64,000 nucleotides of DNA. Origin: the human T2T-CHM13v2.0 reference genome, Homo sapiens. The position numbers and the translations under genes were made by a program. The stretch lies in the NCBI RefSeq assembly GCF_009914755.1, contig NC_060947.1. One strand, written 5' to 3'. The notes beneath the pieces are model-generated. The model did no database searches, had not been told where the DNA came from, and worked only from the letters and a program-made list of their open reading frames with translations. Positions 62,117-64,000 of this stretch are shown piece after piece; positions within the stretch are counted from its first letter, which is position 1; each line of letters starts with the position of its first letter.

Positions 62117-62856
62117 TAAGTGTGGATTGATGGGGCTGGTAGTTAGAAGGAAAAAGCTAGCAATTGCTGTCTGAATGTCTTCAGCCTGCTGATTCCTTTT
62201 GGAACCAAATTGAGGGGATAAGTAACTTTGTGAGATTTTTATCACCCAAGGCTTAAATTATAATACATAGAAATTGTTGAGTACTCTTATTTTTTTTTCA
62301 GATTTTCTTATTTTTTAAATTTATATTGTACTAAGCTACATATAACACAATTTGCCATTTTAACTATTTTAAGTGTATAATTCCATGACATTAACTATAT
62401 TCACAATGTTAGACAACCATCGCCTGATCATCAAAGTTTTTTGATCACCCTGAGTATGCTACATGCGATTGTTTTTTGTTTTAATGAGTTAAAATAAAAA
62501 TCCTGAGCAGACAGGTGTGTGTGCTCATATTTTTATTTTACCTAAGCCGGAACCCTTGGTCTTACTTCTCGACTGTTTTACCGGCTGCTACTTTTGTTCA
62601 TTATTACTTCTTTTTTTCACTCTAATCCTGTGATAGGTTAATGTTTATATTACTTGTCATCTCTTGCCTGCAGTGTTCTAAATTGCCTCCCCACTCTGTT
62701 CTCCATTGCCAGTCACCGTTCTCTCACCTCCCCACTCCATCTCTCCATGCTTGCTAATCTTCCTGCAACTGAGGCTCGATCCCATCACTCTTTAAGATTT
62801 TAAGTGGCCCCTCATTACTAACAATCCAAGCCACTATGAGCAGCATTGTTTCTTAG

Positions 62857-63180
<324 letters not shown>

Positions 63181-63807
63181 CTGAGAATGGTTTTTTTAAA
63201 CTTTCTTGTGTCTGTGCCTTGCACAGTGCCTGGCACATAATAGGTGCTAAAAAAAAATTGGGGTGAATGATTCTTGGTTTGGGATCCTGGAGTAAACATT
63301 CATAAAACCCATTTCATCCTTGTACAAGTACGGGAATACTAGTCGCTATAACAGATCAACTCCCTAACATGATAGTTTCCTTCTTGTCCATGGCACACTC
63401 CAATGCAAGTGTTCTTGTTGGACTCATTTTTTCTAAGCAATAGTTAGGAGCTCAGATTCTTTCAATCTTTGGTGCTATATCTTTAACATGGGGTTTCCAA
63501 GATTACCTTGGAAGACATTTCAATTTTGGCCAGCCAGAAAAGGAAAAGAACACAGAGGATCACCCCTGGAAGATTTTTGTTAAGTCCAACCAAAAACTGA
63601 TGTACATTGTGTCTGCCCACATTTTAATAGCCAGAATTAAGCCACATGGCCACACTGAACTATGTGAGGGAGGCTGGGAAATGTAGTTCAGCTATGTGCC
63701 CAGAAAGAAGAGGAAGTGGATTTTGTTAAGTGCAACAGTCTATGCCAGAGTCCTTTGACACTAATTCAGACCTATTCAGATAAGTTCTTAGTGCAGTTCT
63801 TTCTCGA

Positions 63808-64000
63808 TATGGACTGAATTGTGTCCTCCCCAAATTCATATATGTTGAGGCCTAACCCCAATGTGATGGTATTTGGAGTTACCTTGAGGGGCACGTATTT
63901 AGGATTAGATGAGGTCACTAGGGCAGAGCCCTTACAATGGGATGAATGCCCTTATAAGAAGAGAATGCTGGAGAACTGGCCAGCATTTCCCCATGCGCAC
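63808..64000 (+). mobile_element. MLT1A-type LTR start (truncated by the window edge)
   Basis: TATGGACTGAATTGTGTCCTCCCCAAATTCATA..CCTAACCCCAATGTGATGGTATTTGGAG..CCCTTATAAGAAGAG. Confidence 0.8.

Overview
Human-type primate genomic DNA, recognised from the encoded proteins as the X-linked FRMPD3-PRPS1 interval. It contains the last two coding exons and 3' UTR of FRMPD3 (+ strand; 14074-14895 and 17056-20126, with an interrupted 27-Gln tract) and the CpG-island promoter plus exons 1-5 of PRPS1 (+ strand; ATG at 45393, exons 6-7 lie beyond the window). The remainder is mostly transposon relics: a near-full-length old L1PA, nested L1M/L1MA/L1PB pieces, a young pre-Ta L1HS, a full-length Tigger1 with several insertions, MER2, LTRs, MIR/L2 and about 50 Alu/FLAM copies. 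Nearly all short ORFs in the track are repeat-derived or shadow ORFs. I see no new multi-gene system. The best leads are an L1 whose 5' UTR looks spliced before integration, a tailless 5S rRNA retro-fragment, an apparent L1-mobilised non-L1 segment inside Tigger1, a G-quadruplex/C-tract pair and three miR-128 sites in the FRMPD3 3' UTR, and uORFs and enhancer motifs at PRPS1. Repeat boundaries and subfamily names were read by eye against remembered consensus sequences and are approximate.
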